Shown: positions 42,088 to 56,536, counted from the whole stretch's first letter. The stretch is 63,829 bases of DNA, filler included, from Octopus bimaculoides (GCF_001194135.2; 3 parts of 3 records of this genome joined end to end with filler, not necessarily neighbours in it); one strand, 5' to 3'. Notes: generated from the sequence alone by a model not told the origin. Program-made: numbers and translations.

Positions 42088-42793
42088 TTGTGTGCATGTG
42101 TGTGTTTGTTACTTTATATGTATACATAATACATTAAGAAATGTTCTTCATATATTAAAATGTCTACACCTCAATAGTCTATGTTATAATAATCTAAGAC
42201 ATTTCAGATGATCACCACTATAGCAGGAGAGATAAGCTCAAGACATGCTGGAAGGTAACATGCCATTCTGCAGTCGGACATGTTTGTTGTCTGGAGATCA
42301 AATGAAAATTGCGAACACATGTTACTGCCTCATCAGTAATCATGGAGCATGGCAATTCTAATCACCTGTCTCCAGAAGCCAAGAGACATAGACATATACG
42401 AACACAAAATAATAGAGCATATTTATTGCATATGTAACTGATATAAATTCAAGAAAAAATAGCTATGGGAAAATACTCTGAGTGGCCAGTAGTATGTTTA
42501 TGAGGCCCAAAGAAAAAATGGAGGTGTATTGCAAGCCATTTGACGTAAATTCAAGAATCGTGTATTCTCCTGAGAAAATGTGCTTGTTCATGAGGGTTCT
42601 TTACTTCCAAACAGTAAGCCTGTCCTTAAACGTTAATGGCATGCCTTCGATGGAACAAATCTTGTGTTTATCTCAACGTTTATGTAACTGTTCTCAATTG
42701 TCATATGGTAATTATGAGAAATGTTTTATTGGTGTATTAAAGCATTAAGTATTGATTTTTTAAAAGAAATCAATAATTAATGTTTTATGTATA

Positions 42794-43760
42794 TATTGGG
42801 TCATCTCATAAATAATACAGGTTTTTTTTTATACTTTTATTTTTCAAAATTAAGATAAACAAAGTTCTTTTTTAATCTAAGAATTATTCTCCTTCATTTT
42901 CTGTAATTCTTTTCCATGTATCCGGTAAACTTTGAAGGCCTCCCACTTCCAAAACTTCGCTTGGCCGTGACGAGAAATACTCCTCCAATCCTGTTCATAT
43001 TTTTTTCCGTCCAAATGATTTTGATGACTACGGAATAAATGATAATCAGATGGGGTGATGTCCGGCGAATATGGTAGGTCCGCATCGTTTCCCATTCAAA
43101 CTGATCCATCCTTTGGAATGTCATCATCGCTGTATGTGGCTGAGCATTATCCTGACGGAAGAACAACTTTCCTCCTAAAACAAAAGATGGTCGAAATTCT
43201 TCTAGAGTTGACTTAAGCCGCTCAAGCAGTTTGCACTAGATCTTTGTTATCGTTTGGTTTGGGTCTAATAGTTTAAAGTTAAATAAAGTGAACTTTCGTA
43301 TTCCACCAAACACATAACAACACCTTACGTGGGTAAAGACATTTAACCTGGGGTGCCGGTGTTTTTCCTTTCCCTACCCACTGTCTTCTGCGTTTAATAT
43401 ATTTATAGAGAACAATTTCTGAACCAGTCACTATTCGGGACAGAAAGGTTTATTCGTGAGACGTGACAAGCAAAGACGAGCACTCATTCAATCTCTGCGT
43501 GCAACTAGACTCCGAAAGTTTATGAGGAATCCCCTGACCCACTTTGTTACTTTTTCCGATGGCACCGGTTGGCGATGAATTGTTGAAGTACCAAATCCAA
43601 GCTTATCTGCTAGTTTCTCAGCAGTTAATATTACGCGTACTTTCCGCCGCGTTGTAGCAAAATATACTGAATATGCTCCTTTGTCACTTCCATTATAACT
43701 TTTGAAAAAATAACTATTAAAATGGAACTGCACTCTTGAAAACATGCACGAAGATAAAAA
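42794..43760 (-). mobile_element. Mariner (DD34D) element, internally deleted pseudogene
   Basis: MEVTKEHIQYILL (start), LAEKLADKLGFGTSTIHR..TKWV, FRQDNAQPHTA and PYSPDITPSDYHLFRSHQNHLDGK. Confidence 0.88.
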
Positions 43761-43932
43761 CAATGTAAATTAATTAATACCTGCTTTTGTAGCAAGTAGA
43801 TGCAGGTAGTTAATCCCGTCCCTCTCCGACTTTTAGATCATGCATTATTTATGGGATGACACAATATATTTATGTGAGTATGTACACATACAGACACAGA
43901 CACACATACACACTGACACAGACACAGACACA

Positions 43933-43995
<63 letters not shown>

Positions 43996-44079
43996 GCCTG
44001 TGCGTGTGTATGTATGTATATATAGAGTGTTAGAATACTCATGTATTCATGAGCTACGATCATATTGTTGCACCATCTT

Positions 44080-44370
44080 TGTCTTGCTGATTCCCTTCAG
44101 CTGGGGCGTTTCACATTACCGCTTCTGTATGTACCTTTGTCTCAGCTGTTGCCCATTTTGTGTATAATCTATTTCGCTGTCCTCCTCTGTTCCTCTTGTC
44201 GAACTGTTGGTTCATCCGGTATTGTGAAGAGGAGGATGTCTAGTTCCTTTTCGAAGACATCTACTTCCACCTTATGCAGATGTCTTAATTTTTATGGCGA
44301 CACATGGAAGAGGTGTGAGGGTTTGAACCCTAGTCTATTGCAGTACCTGGTCGTGAATTTGAGTCGAGTG
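44080..44370 (-). mobile_element. CR1/L2-like LINE 3' end
   Basis: TRYCNRLGFKPSHLFHVSP*KLRHLHKVEVDVFEKELDILLFTIPDEPT matches the terminal S(L)GFRGPQLFN.LP...R...FK..LD..L..VPDEP motif. Confidence 0.7.
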
Positions 44371-46610
44371 GATAAAATATACCCCATCATCAGAGATGAT
44401 ACAGCAGAGTTAAATAGAAGGATATAAGAAGCTATACTGGAAAGGGAGGTATATAGGAAGTATAAAGGGAAATATAACAATAAGAATAAAAATGAAGACA
44501 TGTGTTGGATGTTAAACTGGACCCAAGAAGATTAACAGATAGAAGATTAAAAATATATTATTAAATCAGTCACAAGAAATGAGACAAGAGAGAAGAGTAG
44601 AAGATGCATGACGATAGGCTTGAAGACGTCAAAAGGAAGAGGTGAGCCTCATTGTACAAAGCTATATTTATATGCATCTTATGTGAATACATACTTGTTT
44701 ATTTTACTTGTATCTTCCCTCACACTTGCATTCCTGTATGTGTGAGTGTATGCTCTGCTTTTGTGTGTGTGTATGTGCGTGTGTTGTGTATATGTGTATG
44801 TACGTATATATGTATGCCCGTAGATCCTTATGTGTTAAGTATATACCTTTTTTCTATCACTTGTAAATTTATAATAATTTTCTCTTTCATATATTCGTTT
44901 TTGTTCCTTTTTTCTGATTGTCACTCCGACCCCGGGCTACATTTTAGGTAAGTTAACTCTCTTGAATACACCGGCGGGTCTTGTCTGTGATCGATGTTTT
45001 TTTCCTCCCGAAGTTCTCTTTGGTATTTTCTCTTCTTGAATGTACATTTTTAATTAAAAATTGTAACTTTTTCAAACATAGTCTACCCTATCACATTTAG
45101 CCTCGTGTAATATNNNNNNNNNNNNNNNNNNNNNNNNNNNNNNNNNNNNNNNNNNNNNNNNNNNNNNNATATATATATATTATATATATTTCAATATTAA
45201 TATGTATATGTATAGCTCTCTATGGTTTTAATTTACTAGTGCAGCTGTTACGTTATATTCTACTATATACACGTGGCCCTGTTTATTATACTTCGTCTTG
45301 ACTTGTTACCATCTTTTTAAACATATCCGTTAGATATTTATACTAATTTTTATGTTATAATTTACTGCTCATATAGACGTGCATATACATTTATATGTCT
45401 GTGTGTTATACAACTTGCTTATTTATATCCAATTTTTCCCTATTACTCCATTTGTATTTTCCCTTATATCTTATTGTAATTTACTTTATTTTATTAAACC
45501 TTTTTTGATGTCCTTCCAAAAATTCCTCACATTGATGAGAATTACAATGCATATATTTAATTATAATTACTATTATAATTTGTTCTTGCATATTTGTATT
45601 GTCCTTTGAAATGCGCATATGCATTGCATCCTATTTTGGATTAAATCGAATTTATTCAGAACAATTCCAGTCACTACTATTACAATCAGAACAGGTCACT
45701 TATAGGTCACATGACCATTTAACAGGATTTTACCAGCATCCTGCTACTGTCGTACCACTCGCTTATTTTTATTATTCTTTCTCTTCCTTTCCTACTCCCA
45801 CTTTTTCTTCTTCTTGGCCTTTTCTACTTCGTCGGCTATTACTAATGCTTAAACAATCAAAACCATGAATTCATATAAAATTTTCTTTTAAGATTGATGC
45901 AAACTACTACTTGATACGAAGCCTTCACAAGAGTAAAAAAAGACAGACAGGCAGAAAAGAAAAATGTCCCTTGCATTTGAAAACTATGGAAATACTTATA
46001 AAAATCATTTCATTTAATTTTTCCCGAATTTAATTGTTTTTCATCCTTTATTCCAAGCTGAAAAAATCTCAACGACAGAAACCGGTACTAAAATGCACTT
46101 CATGTTAGAATTACTTTAGCATTTTCTACCTTTTCTTATTTTTCTTATACATATNNNNNNNNNNNNNNNNNNNNNNNNNNNNNNNNNNNNNNNNNNNNNN
46201 NNNNNNNNNNNNNNNNNNNNNNNNNNNNNNNNNNNNNNNNNNNNNNNNNNNNNNNNNNNNNNNNNNNNNNNNNNNNNNNNNNNNNNNNNNNNNNNNNNNN
46301 NNNNNNNNNNNNNNNNNNNNNNNNNNNNNNNNNNNNNNNNNNNNNNNNNNNNNNNNNNNNNNNNNNNNNNNNNNNNNNNNNNNNNNNNNNNNNNNNNNNN
46401 NNNNNNNNNNNNNNNNNNNNNNNNNNNNNNNNNNNNNNNNNNNNNNNNNNNNNNNNNNNNNNNNNNNNNNNNNNNNNNNNNNNNNNNNNNNNNNNNNNNN
46501 NNNNNNNNNNNNNNNNNNNNNNNNNNNNNNNNNNNNNNNNNNNNNNNNNNNNNNNNNNNNNNNNNNNNNNNNNNNNNNNNNNNNNNNNNNNNNNNNNNNN
46601 NNNNNNNNNN

Positions 46611-46693
<83 letters not shown>

Positions 46694-48229
46694 TATTGAA
46701 TGTCTACACATGTTGCTAAGGATAGTTGGGAATATTCTTTCACTATATGCCTGTGATGTGGTACACTGATTAGATTCTGGCTTGGAGGAAATGGTGTAGT
46801 TGTCACTTACTTTCAAATGTAGAATAGTTTCCAATCTCTGAAAAATACATCTCCGACAATCATAGTATCTTGTTACATCTGCCAACAATACCAGCAAGAC
46901 ATTTTCACCTAAGAAGCAAATGGCCATGTTCTTTGGTCTTAAAATAACCGAGACATTATTATCAGCTTCGTAGACGAAATAAATAGTGTTATATTTATAT
47001 AAATAGTGTTATATATCATCAAATGGTTGAAGTGAAATATGATATTTTGTAGTAAGTCTATAAAGTCTTGCTACGTTGATGTCACTGTTACAATTTATGC
47101 TACCCGGTACACTTTGACCAGCTATTGTTTCAACATCTGCTTAGAATATGTGTGTGCGCACCAGGTAATTTAATTACATTAATCTCGAAACGTTCTGCTT
47201 TTGATGCAAAAGTCATTTGGCTTCCATTCACAGACACATTGTCGGACGCATACGCCTGAAAATAGATATATTCAACAGGCACTAATATATGTGACGTTAT
47301 GTAGGCATAGGATACAGAGACACTCACAAGTGTAGCAGAATATTAAGTATACTAATAACAATAATGATATGTGCGTGAAATTATTGTATGTTTTTACTGA
47401 CGTATTTTTACAACGTCTGTTGTCTTTATATCTCCTTAGTATTAATATGGCGACATTGTATCTGATTTCTGTATAATTCCATACCCATAGGAAATACAAA
47501 CACATACGAAACGCACACAGGTACGCGCATAATGTATAAAGGATAGAAACTACGATCTATTTATTATAATAATTTTATATGAGTGCCTTATCGAAAAATA
47601 TTATACCGATGTGTGGAGACGGACTGAAAATTATCTTTTTATTTGGTTAACACGTATGTGTAAACGCAATTTGCAAATGTATCACCTCATATGCTAAAGT
47701 AACTGGTTATATTCAATATACCAATTTGTAATCGAAACTTCTATCCCTCACTACAACTCTAGGTCGGTTTTCTTTGGCTTTTTCACTCTGATGCTACAGA
47801 GAGCCGACAATACCCAGAGGTTCACAAGGTAATATAACCATCCCGCCTTGACATACACAAAGAGAAAGAGAGAGAAAATAGAGAAAATTCAAGTGAAGGA
47901 CCTGCAAAGAAATATAAGGGAGATTATACAGAAAGATTCAAGCAAGTAAATAATATAAACTCGAAAGGAAAACAGACGTGGTGGAAGCAGTATAGGATAA
48001 TTAAAGGAAACAACAACTAGAGAAGAAAATGTACAATATGTTGGAGAATAGGATAAAAGAGTCGACAGTTGAAATACAATCTAAAGCATTGTGACCATAT
48101 ATGGGAAGAGGAAGATGGAAAGCGAAAATGAGAACGATTAAGTGAAAGACGCTGAAGGAAAGAGTAGGAAGAGAAGAACACAATGTGTAGAACACTACCT
48201 CTCTTAAGTATTAGCAAGAACCTATTCCC

Positions 48230-48580
48230 ACTTGCAACTGTCGAGTTTCTGAAATCTCGAACAATTGACGAGGAGGCGTGTATGATATACTTTGTCACGT
48301 ATGTGGCACAAGTCACAGCAACGCTTTAACACAACCTAAATGAAAAAAAAAAATTACATCGGTTTAACCAAAGACAATTTCAAACCACCGATCTTCTTTC
48401 CGGCACATCAATACAAGTAGAGCTTTTAAGTATGGAGTTTGACGGTTCACTGCACACCACAATAAACAGAATACACATAGAGGAATCCATGTCATATGTA
48501 AACAGATATAAGAAATGCAACCTATGCGTAGCTCAAAAATCCCACATATCTTTTAGAATTTCACCGCACTACTTAACTCC
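48230..48580 (+). mobile_element. Penelope-like GIY-YIG endonuclease remnant
   Basis: CNCR..EACMIYFVTYVAQVT..NYIGLTKDNFK..VWSL..SYVNRYKKCNLCVAQK appear in the PLE order. Confidence 0.78.
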
Positions 48581-48961
48581 ATATCCGAAAATTTCAGCTG
48601 ATGCAAGCATATGGGCAATTTCTTTTGGTGAACTGGAAGGCACAACTCTGACCGGATTGGGCAACTACCTCGCAGATTTTGGACTTCTCTCCGATGAATT
48701 ATTCCATAACAACTGGTTTAATTATGACTTATATTTGGGAAATAGTACGTAGCAATATTTTTCTTTCTTTTGTAATTTATGTCTGTTTTTATTCCACTTT
48801 CCACATTTTGCATAAGTATTCTTGTGATTAATCATCTAGCAGCGTCCTTATTTTCGTAAGTTCGGAGGTACATGTGTTTTATAATACCATACCGAGAAAC
48901 ATGACTTCACAGCATGAAACTATTACTAGTTCGTATTTTTATACTGTGTATATTAAGTGAA

Positions 48962-49023
<62 letters not shown>

Positions 49024-49079
49024 TTACACAGGCGCATACATCTGCGTACATGTAACTATATATATATATATGTGTGTGT

Positions 49080-49120
<41 letters not shown>

Positions 49121-49619
49121 CATATATAGAAACAGATACGTGCGCGAGCGAGCCCACACACACGTAATACATGCCTATAAGAGAATTGTGTGTATCTCTT
49201 CTTTATATGTATGGATGAATATGATATTTTTGCTATGGCTTTACATATCTTTGTGTATATTTAAACGAACAACTCTCCGTTTCTATTCGTCTATTCTTTT
49301 GAATAACTACTTTACATTCGCTCGTTACCGGAAGTGAATTTATATGCTGTTGCCACCTAAATGTTCCTGATCGATATGAAGAAAAATTGAGAACAAAATT
49401 CTTGACAGGGATTTTTTTTTTTTCACAATTTCACCGGAACTATCAATTCCGTGAAAAATTGTCTCCATTGTAATCATCTTAAGATATTTCTATGTTCCAG
49501 TGTTTCTTTAATCAAAACCTATTCAAGCCTCTCGCGGCCATATTGCAGTTCAAAGTATTAAGTATACACACACACACACACACGTGCGCAAATACTCTCT
49601 CGCACATACACACACACAC

Positions 49620-49687
<68 letters not shown>

Positions 49688-52036
49688 ATGTGTGTGTGTG
49701 TGTGTGTATCGACATCTTCTCTGCTCGAAATCGATACAGAGTTCCACTTTCTTACACCGAATCTCTGTCCTTCTTGAGCATCATATGAAGTGGAACAAAA
49801 TCTTCTATTCTTTGTATATGTACCCTCTCCTGGTTTAGCAAATATAATTGATATCACATGTGATATGGTTGTACTGTGTTTTATCAGGAATATGAAAAAT
49901 ATAAAAAGAAATAATGAATTTGATAATTATGATATATTTGTTGAAAACTTGGATTTAGTATGTTTAACGAATATCTTGAAATTACCTTGAATAATCTTCA
50001 TTACAACATTAGTTCCCATATGTTCAATAATGCTGACGGTATTGAAGTTTGCAGTTAGAGTAATTAGAATGCTAATATATATATATATATATATANNNNN
50101 NNNNNNNNNNNNNNNNNNNNNNNNNNNNNNNNNNNNNNNNNNNNNNNNNNNNNNNNNNNNNNNNNNNNNNNNNNNNNNNNNNNNNNNNNNNNNNNNNNNN
50201 NNNNNNNNNNNNNNNNNNNNNNNNNNNNNNNNNNNNNNNNNNNNNNNNNNNNNNNNNNNNNNNNNNNNNNNNNNNNNNNNNNNNNNNNNNNNNNNNNNNN
50301 NNNNNNNNNNNNNNNNNNNNNNNNNNNNNNNNNNNNNNNNNNNNNNNNNNNNNNNNNNNNNNNNNNNNNNNNNNNNNNNNNNNNNNNNNNNNNNNNNNNN
50401 NNNNNNNNNNNNNNNNNNNNNNNNNNNNNNNNNNNNNNNNNNNNNNNNNNNNNNNNNNNNNNNNNNNNNNNNNNNNNNNNNNNTTCTGCTATTACAGAAT
50501 ACATATCACAAGTGAAATAGAAGGGAGATACATATTGCTGTAAGTATTTTCCTGCTTGATATGTAATTGATATCTTATTATTCAGCAACAGTATACGTAA
50601 TGTGTGATTTCATGCTGAATAATGCATCAAATTGCTCTCTCTTTCTTTCTCTCTCTCCCTCTTTCCTTAAACAGACAGTTACTACCACACACACACACGC
50701 GCTACCACACACACACACACGCTACCACACACATACTCATATACGTACACTAACACAAAGTTACACGCGTGTGTGGGTGTGAGTGAGTGTGTGCTCGTCT
50801 GTATTTGTGAATTTGTATACGCAATTCTACACAGCCTCATCACATTTACTGCATATCCAGGGGAGCAGCGGGATTACCACTGATGTCCACGTACCTCTGA
50901 GATAAATCGGATAATGGAAGTCATTCTACGGTAGAATCTACGGCAAATATGTGCATTAGAATGTCCCTCGAATAAATGTGCCGGACACTAGTAATGATCT
51001 TAAACGAAGCGACATACTATGTTTCCCGTGGCAAACAGTCAAATTATAACGAGCAATATCTTACATTTTGTCTACGAAATTTCTCTCGGGTGTGGCCGAT
51101 AATATGGCGGACAGCAATTGACTAAGGTACCTTGAAGTACAGTTCAACATGATATCAAGTGGCTTAGAAACGAATCTTCTACGTTTCACAAGTAGAGAAT
51201 TACTCTCCGTACGATCTCACAGGTCCAAAATGAGTAATATGACAATCCGAGAAGCAGAAACTGATTTGGAAGAATACAAGTCGAACACAATCAAACTTTG
51301 AGACATCATAAATAATTACAGCAGATGTTGATCTATTATTGATTATTGATTATTGAATTCATTAATTCAACTGGCGTATTATTTAGTCTCATAATGGAAG
51401 AACCAGGTAGAAAGATATTTCAGAAATAATATACGCACATTCGCAAATGATATAGTCTCTTGTGGATACATTAGTAGCTTTCCTCAGTTTTTTATAACAA
51501 TTTTTCATGAGAGCTGTAAAATTATTGTTAACTAGATTATACAGCTTTCGAGAAGCTGTTACTTGTTACAGATTTAGGGTTTTGTCTAAAAAGCATTTTT
51601 ACTCAAAGCTACAGGGAATATAATTTCAGTGCTAGAACGTTATAATTATATCGTTCTTAATTATTCAATAACATAATATGATTTTTCAGAAATCGAATAT
51701 TTGGTGTCATAATAATAGACGTAAAATACTTTAAGTCTTTCTCCAACATCGTTCATATTAATGAAACTGTACGCACTTTATTCTGCTACAAAATATAGAT
51801 CAAATCACCAATTTCGCTAATCGTACTGGAGTGTGGGTAACCTTCCCAAAAACGCTTTTGCAGAAAAATCTCGCCGATTCGCAACACCTCCATAGTTGGT
51901 GTTTTTGGTACCAAGGAACATATCTCTTAACCTAACGCCTCCTTGGTTCGATTCACCGTCTTTTTTTACAGCAGCCACAAACCAGATGTCTTTCCACCTC
52001 TAACAATAGAGATCAGTCACCATATGTTACTTAATC

Positions 52037-52140
52037 CATTACACTTACCTCTGAAGAGCGCAGTGTTACATAATGAGGCTGTTACCTAACACCTCATTTA
52101 ACTCTAAGTGCGAAAGCGATTGGTAAGATCGGCTGTAATG
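52037..52140 (+). ncRNA. Type I hammerhead ribozyme-like motif with long structured helix II, slightly decayed
   Basis: CTGAAGA (52051-57), helix II base GCGC/GTGC, inner AATGAGG/CCTCATT and TGTT/AACA stems, GAAA (52112-15), GTA (52123-25) and distal helix I CATTACA/TGTAATG. Position 15.2 is G instead of C, and proximal helix I has a mismatch. Confidence 0.55.
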
Positions 52141-52208
52141 CATATATAATACTGTACAATTCGATTAATCTACCGCTCTACTGACATATATGAACACGTA
52201 GACAGCTT

Positions 52209-52257
<49 letters not shown>

Positions 52258-52263
52258 GTTATA

Positions 52264-53904
52264 CAGTATCTCACAGACGTATGTACTCCTCTAAACATTT
52301 TCAGTAAAATTGTCATTACTCTGATAATATCGAAGAAAATCAAACAAAATTTATGCTGAATAAAACATGTTATGCATTCAAATATTGTACAAATTTGGAA
52401 CACAAAACAATAAACATTTTCACGGATATGAACGAAATATTAATTTTCAAAGGATACAAAAATATGTGCACCCTAAAGGATTATTTGCTATATTCGATAT
52501 TTGGTGTGATCCCCACCCGACTTGCTTTGAATGACTGCATTAAAGTCTTCTGGGCATAGAGTCGACTAAATTTCCGCATATAACCGATTAAATCGACACC
52601 ATTTATCCTGCATGATGTCTTACAACTGTGTAACATTGCGGACTTTTTTCTCCTCGACATTCCTTTTCAAAACAGCTCACAAAAGTTCTATTGGGTTTAA
52701 ATGAGATGACATAGTAGAGCAAGTCAATACCTTTGGCTTTTTTTTCTGATAGAAAAAGAAAAACTTCGTCATCTTTGAAGCGTGTTTAGGGTCATTATCA
52801 TGTTGGAACACGGAATGTTTTCCTAGTTCCTTGATACTTTTCAACATTGTTTTCTACAATATGTCACAGTAAAGCCTTGAAACAATTGTTCTCTCAATAA
52901 ATGTGAGTTCTCCCATACCATCCGCACTCATACGTCCCCAAACCATAACATTTCTGCCACTGTGTTTCATAGCAGACATGGTGCTATTATTTTCATCTTG
53001 TCGTCGCCATACACGTTTAATACCATCTGACCGAAACAAGTTCCTTTTAATTTCGTCAAAAAAAAAGAAGTTTTATTCCAAAACTACTTCTCCTTCTTCA
53101 CATAGACCTCGACATAATAAACACGATTTGATTTAGCCTGGTAGTGAGAAGAGGCTTCCTACAAGGAATGCGTCCATGAAGACCACACTTGTTCAAACTT
53201 CGCCGAACTGTTTGGGCGGATGCACCCTTTTCACTAACAGAAGACACTTCTTGGGCAAAAGATGAAACGGTACGACGCTTGTTATCCATCACGCAAGGTT
53301 GGATGTGGTGAATACCACGCGCAGTTGAAATAGAAGGACGACCTGAACGATATTTATTGCTTAGCCGTTCAGTAGCTTTGTACTTCTGAATTACTTTGGC
53401 AACTGTGTTTACGCTAATATGTATTCATTTGCTAATTAAATTGTATCCTAAAGCATTCTTGTGCAAATTAAAAATAATTTTCTTGAAATCTTCAGACACT
53501 TCTTTTCCTTCTGGTGTCATTTTAATCACAATGAAGAAGATTTTCACCACAGTACACAAATCAGAATTACAGCAGATACAATAAGAATGATCGGTGCAAA
53601 AATGACCAGAGAAATGATTTATTAAAATTTTAATTATCAGCAATATCTGAATTTAGTAAAATAAGTGAATAAAATAATGAATATCGCAAATTTTTTTTAG
53701 GGTGTACATATTTATGTAACGTTTGAAAATTAATATTTTGTTCATATATTTGAAAATGCTTACCGTGTTCCAATTTTGTATAATGTTTGAATGCATAATA
53801 TATTTTATTCAGTATAAATTTGGTCTGATTTCCTTCGATATTATCAGAGTAATGACAATTTTACTGAAACTTGTTAAGGCTGTACATACTTCTTTGATAT
53901 AATG
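52264..53904 (-). mobile_element. Near-full-length Tc1 (DD34E) transposon with ~215-bp IR/DR terminal inverted repeats; transposase pseudogenised
   Basis: Flanked by TA (52262-63 and 53905-06). 52264-52476 is the reverse complement of about 53697-53904. Protein pieces MTPEGKEVSEDFKKIIFNLHK, TVRRSLNKCGLHGR..RKPLL, KHSGRNVMVWGRM and FQHDNDPKH. Confidence 0.93.
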
Positions 53905-55037
53905 TATATGTTTGTGTGCCTGTCTGTCTGTCTGTTTAGTCGTATATCTATGTATATATGCATGTATTTAGATGCGTATTTCCACAGTATCAATATACAC
54001 ATACGAACTCCTGTTACGTATGTGAGCCGTATAATATATTTGAAAGTAGAATTCCAAAAAGAAACATCTCACTTGCGATTCTACAAAAGTTTCATGAGAG
54101 TCGGTATACGTTGTGCAAATTAGTAGTACAGACACATGGTAGATATTAATGACAGCATATGACTAAATGTTACATAATAAGTCGTGTCTAGGCCGGTTTG
54201 TTATGTTTCATGCAACTCTAATGATGAAGTTTAAAGACCAATTGAAAATTACAAAATGTCAAATATTCTAACCGTCTGTGTTTGTAAAGTAGTTCCAAAT
54301 ATGTCAATCGCAAGTTTACAATTAAGCATTATTAAAGGTTTATTTTGTTTATGTTTCGAACATACGGTTTTTATCTTTAGTTGGTAACACAGTCTAAAAA
54401 CACCCACGAAACTAGTAATCAAGGTTTAAAATTATTCGAAATTGCAATAAGTTCAGAGAAGCAATTTGTGATTCAAGGGAATATATTATACTCAAAATCT
54501 GTTTCGTAGTGAGTGAGATAACGTTTTCTTTTGTCGGCGTAGTACACAATTCGAAGTAGATATATCTATTTTTCTGGAAATATATTTTATGCATTATCCC
54601 CAACATCACTACCCTACCTCACCTCACTCTGAATCTTTGGAAGATAATGCGATAAAAAAATGATATAAGTAGTGTTTGAAGAAAAAATGAGAATGTGGAT
54701 TTATACCAAAGTATAATAGCTTTGCGCTTGTTTCAATTTGACTCATCGCTTTTAATGTTAAACAGATCAGTTGTTAAAAGCTTCTATGAGAATTTATGTT
54801 CCTGTTTGACCATATCAAACAAATAACTGTGAAACTTTCGGTCAAATGTTTAACTATATAATTTACTAAGCGTCTTACAATTTCAAAACTCGTTAATCCT
54901 GAAAAGGGTCGAGATAATAGCTAAACCGTCATTTTATGTTTGGTATTTTATAACACGGTGCCTTTAAGAAGACTTCTAGGGCATTGTTTTCATATTGCAC
55001 TTAATGTATACGGATGCGGTATGATATTGGTTAATAT

Positions 55038-56155
55038 TGATGCGACCACCGAAAATACAAATTAATGTTATATCCCTATCTCCCGAGCTGGGTTTTGAAA
55101 CCGTATTCTGGTTGTTGAGAATAATGGTATTTCCTTTGTCTTGTGAACAAGTACAGCTATTTTTAGCGTAGGAGTGATCGGTGACACTCTCCGGTCACCA
55201 AAAGTTCAGAAAAACAAGTGAGGAATTTACTGGACTGACCCAGCTTTGGGAGGGGGCAAGGTAGCACTGTAAAGCTACGGTATTTGTGATAAACAAAGAA
55301 TTGGCGCGAACGGTTAGCCAGAAGAGTGGGCATCAAGCAGTTGGCGTACGGAGTTGGTAACAGGCGGTCGAGTTGGTATCAGGCAGTTGGCCAGTGGGTT
55401 GGATGAAGTGAAGATGTCCAGTAGTTGGATGAAGAACGTCAGCCAGTGAAGATGAACAGTGATAAGTCTGACAGAGAGAGGCCGAGAGAGAGGGCCTATG
55501 GTCAGCAGGTACGAGTAAGCAGAAATGCATAGAATCTCAGAGAGAGGGGGACAGAGATGGAACTGTGTGGAGCCAAGAGTTCGTAGTAGTCAGTTGGTCA
55601 CTACTTGTGGATTACAGTGAGAGTTTTGAAAGAAAGGAAATTATTACGGTAAAGGTTTGTGTAAATATTCTTCCAAGAAAAATGTACTTGTCGTTACATG
55701 TGTTAAAAGGACTGTTAACTGTGATGTTAACTTAAAAGAGAAAAAAAGAAAGAACTTTGTTACATGTGATGTTAACTTAAACAAAGAAAACAAAGAAGTA
55801 AAAGAACTTTCAATGGACTTGATGTACGAACTCTTGCTTATGTAATGATTGTAAACCTTTGATTATGTTGCATGCGCTATTGTTATATGCTATTGAATTT
55901 ATTGTTACACAATGTTATGCCATGTATTGATGATGTAATGTTTTGTTTGCTAAAAAAAAAGAAAAAGTTAGTTCCGCTACCCAACGTATGGTCGCCGTGT
56001 TGTTTTTTCCTCCTCCTTTTGCCTGTTGTCATCCTTACGTGCTCCGGCCGGGGCTTATTAGTCGTAGCGAACATCCCGACTCACTGAGCGTCGACGTTCG
56101 CGCGCGCGAGTTCTCTCTTCGGTTCGAGGTGCTTCGCGTGCGGGCGTTCGTAACA
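55038..56155 (+). mobile_element. Probable solo LTR (Gypsy-like)
   Basis: Starts TGATGCG and ends CGTAACA (imperfect TG..CA inverted termini), with ATAT on both sides (55034-37, 56156-59). It has a purine-rich U3-like part and a CpG-rich 3' part. The orientation is a guess. Confidence 0.55.
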
Positions 56156-56536
56156 ATATTATTGCTAATAATCACATGGCAAAGTTTATGTTCCTTGTTC
56201 TTTATAAACTTCGGGACTATACTTTCTCTGGATACGTTTGAAATATCATTGTTGTTTCCCCAAAATTGAAATTTTAGCAACAATTTCTATTGCACAACCA
56301 TGACCTTATGAGAGAGATATGAAAAACATCATTTATAGAAACCTTGCCAAAACGTTAATAATAATTGTTTGATATGCTGCTCAAATAAGCACGCAAGCTC
56401 ATGTTTCAGTGAAACGCCAGAATATTTCAGCGTTATATTATTCCCTGTTTAAATGGAAAACCGCTCGCTATACGTATTTGCAGTAACAACCAGCTAGTTA
56501 GCTATCTTAACATTTTGTCACGTTGAATACAAATGG

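Noticed and set aside
48685-48755. CCGATGA...GAAAT downstream of the Penelope GIY-YIG remnant
   Set aside because: The position is suggestive, but the core and helices are too degenerate to call.
51830-52135. Minus-strand apparent exons (RWKDIWFVAAVKK...) around a 49-nt GT-AG intron
   Set aside because: The intron is implausibly short, the downstream donor is weak, and the upstream part is better explained as the antisense of the hammerhead at 52037-52140.
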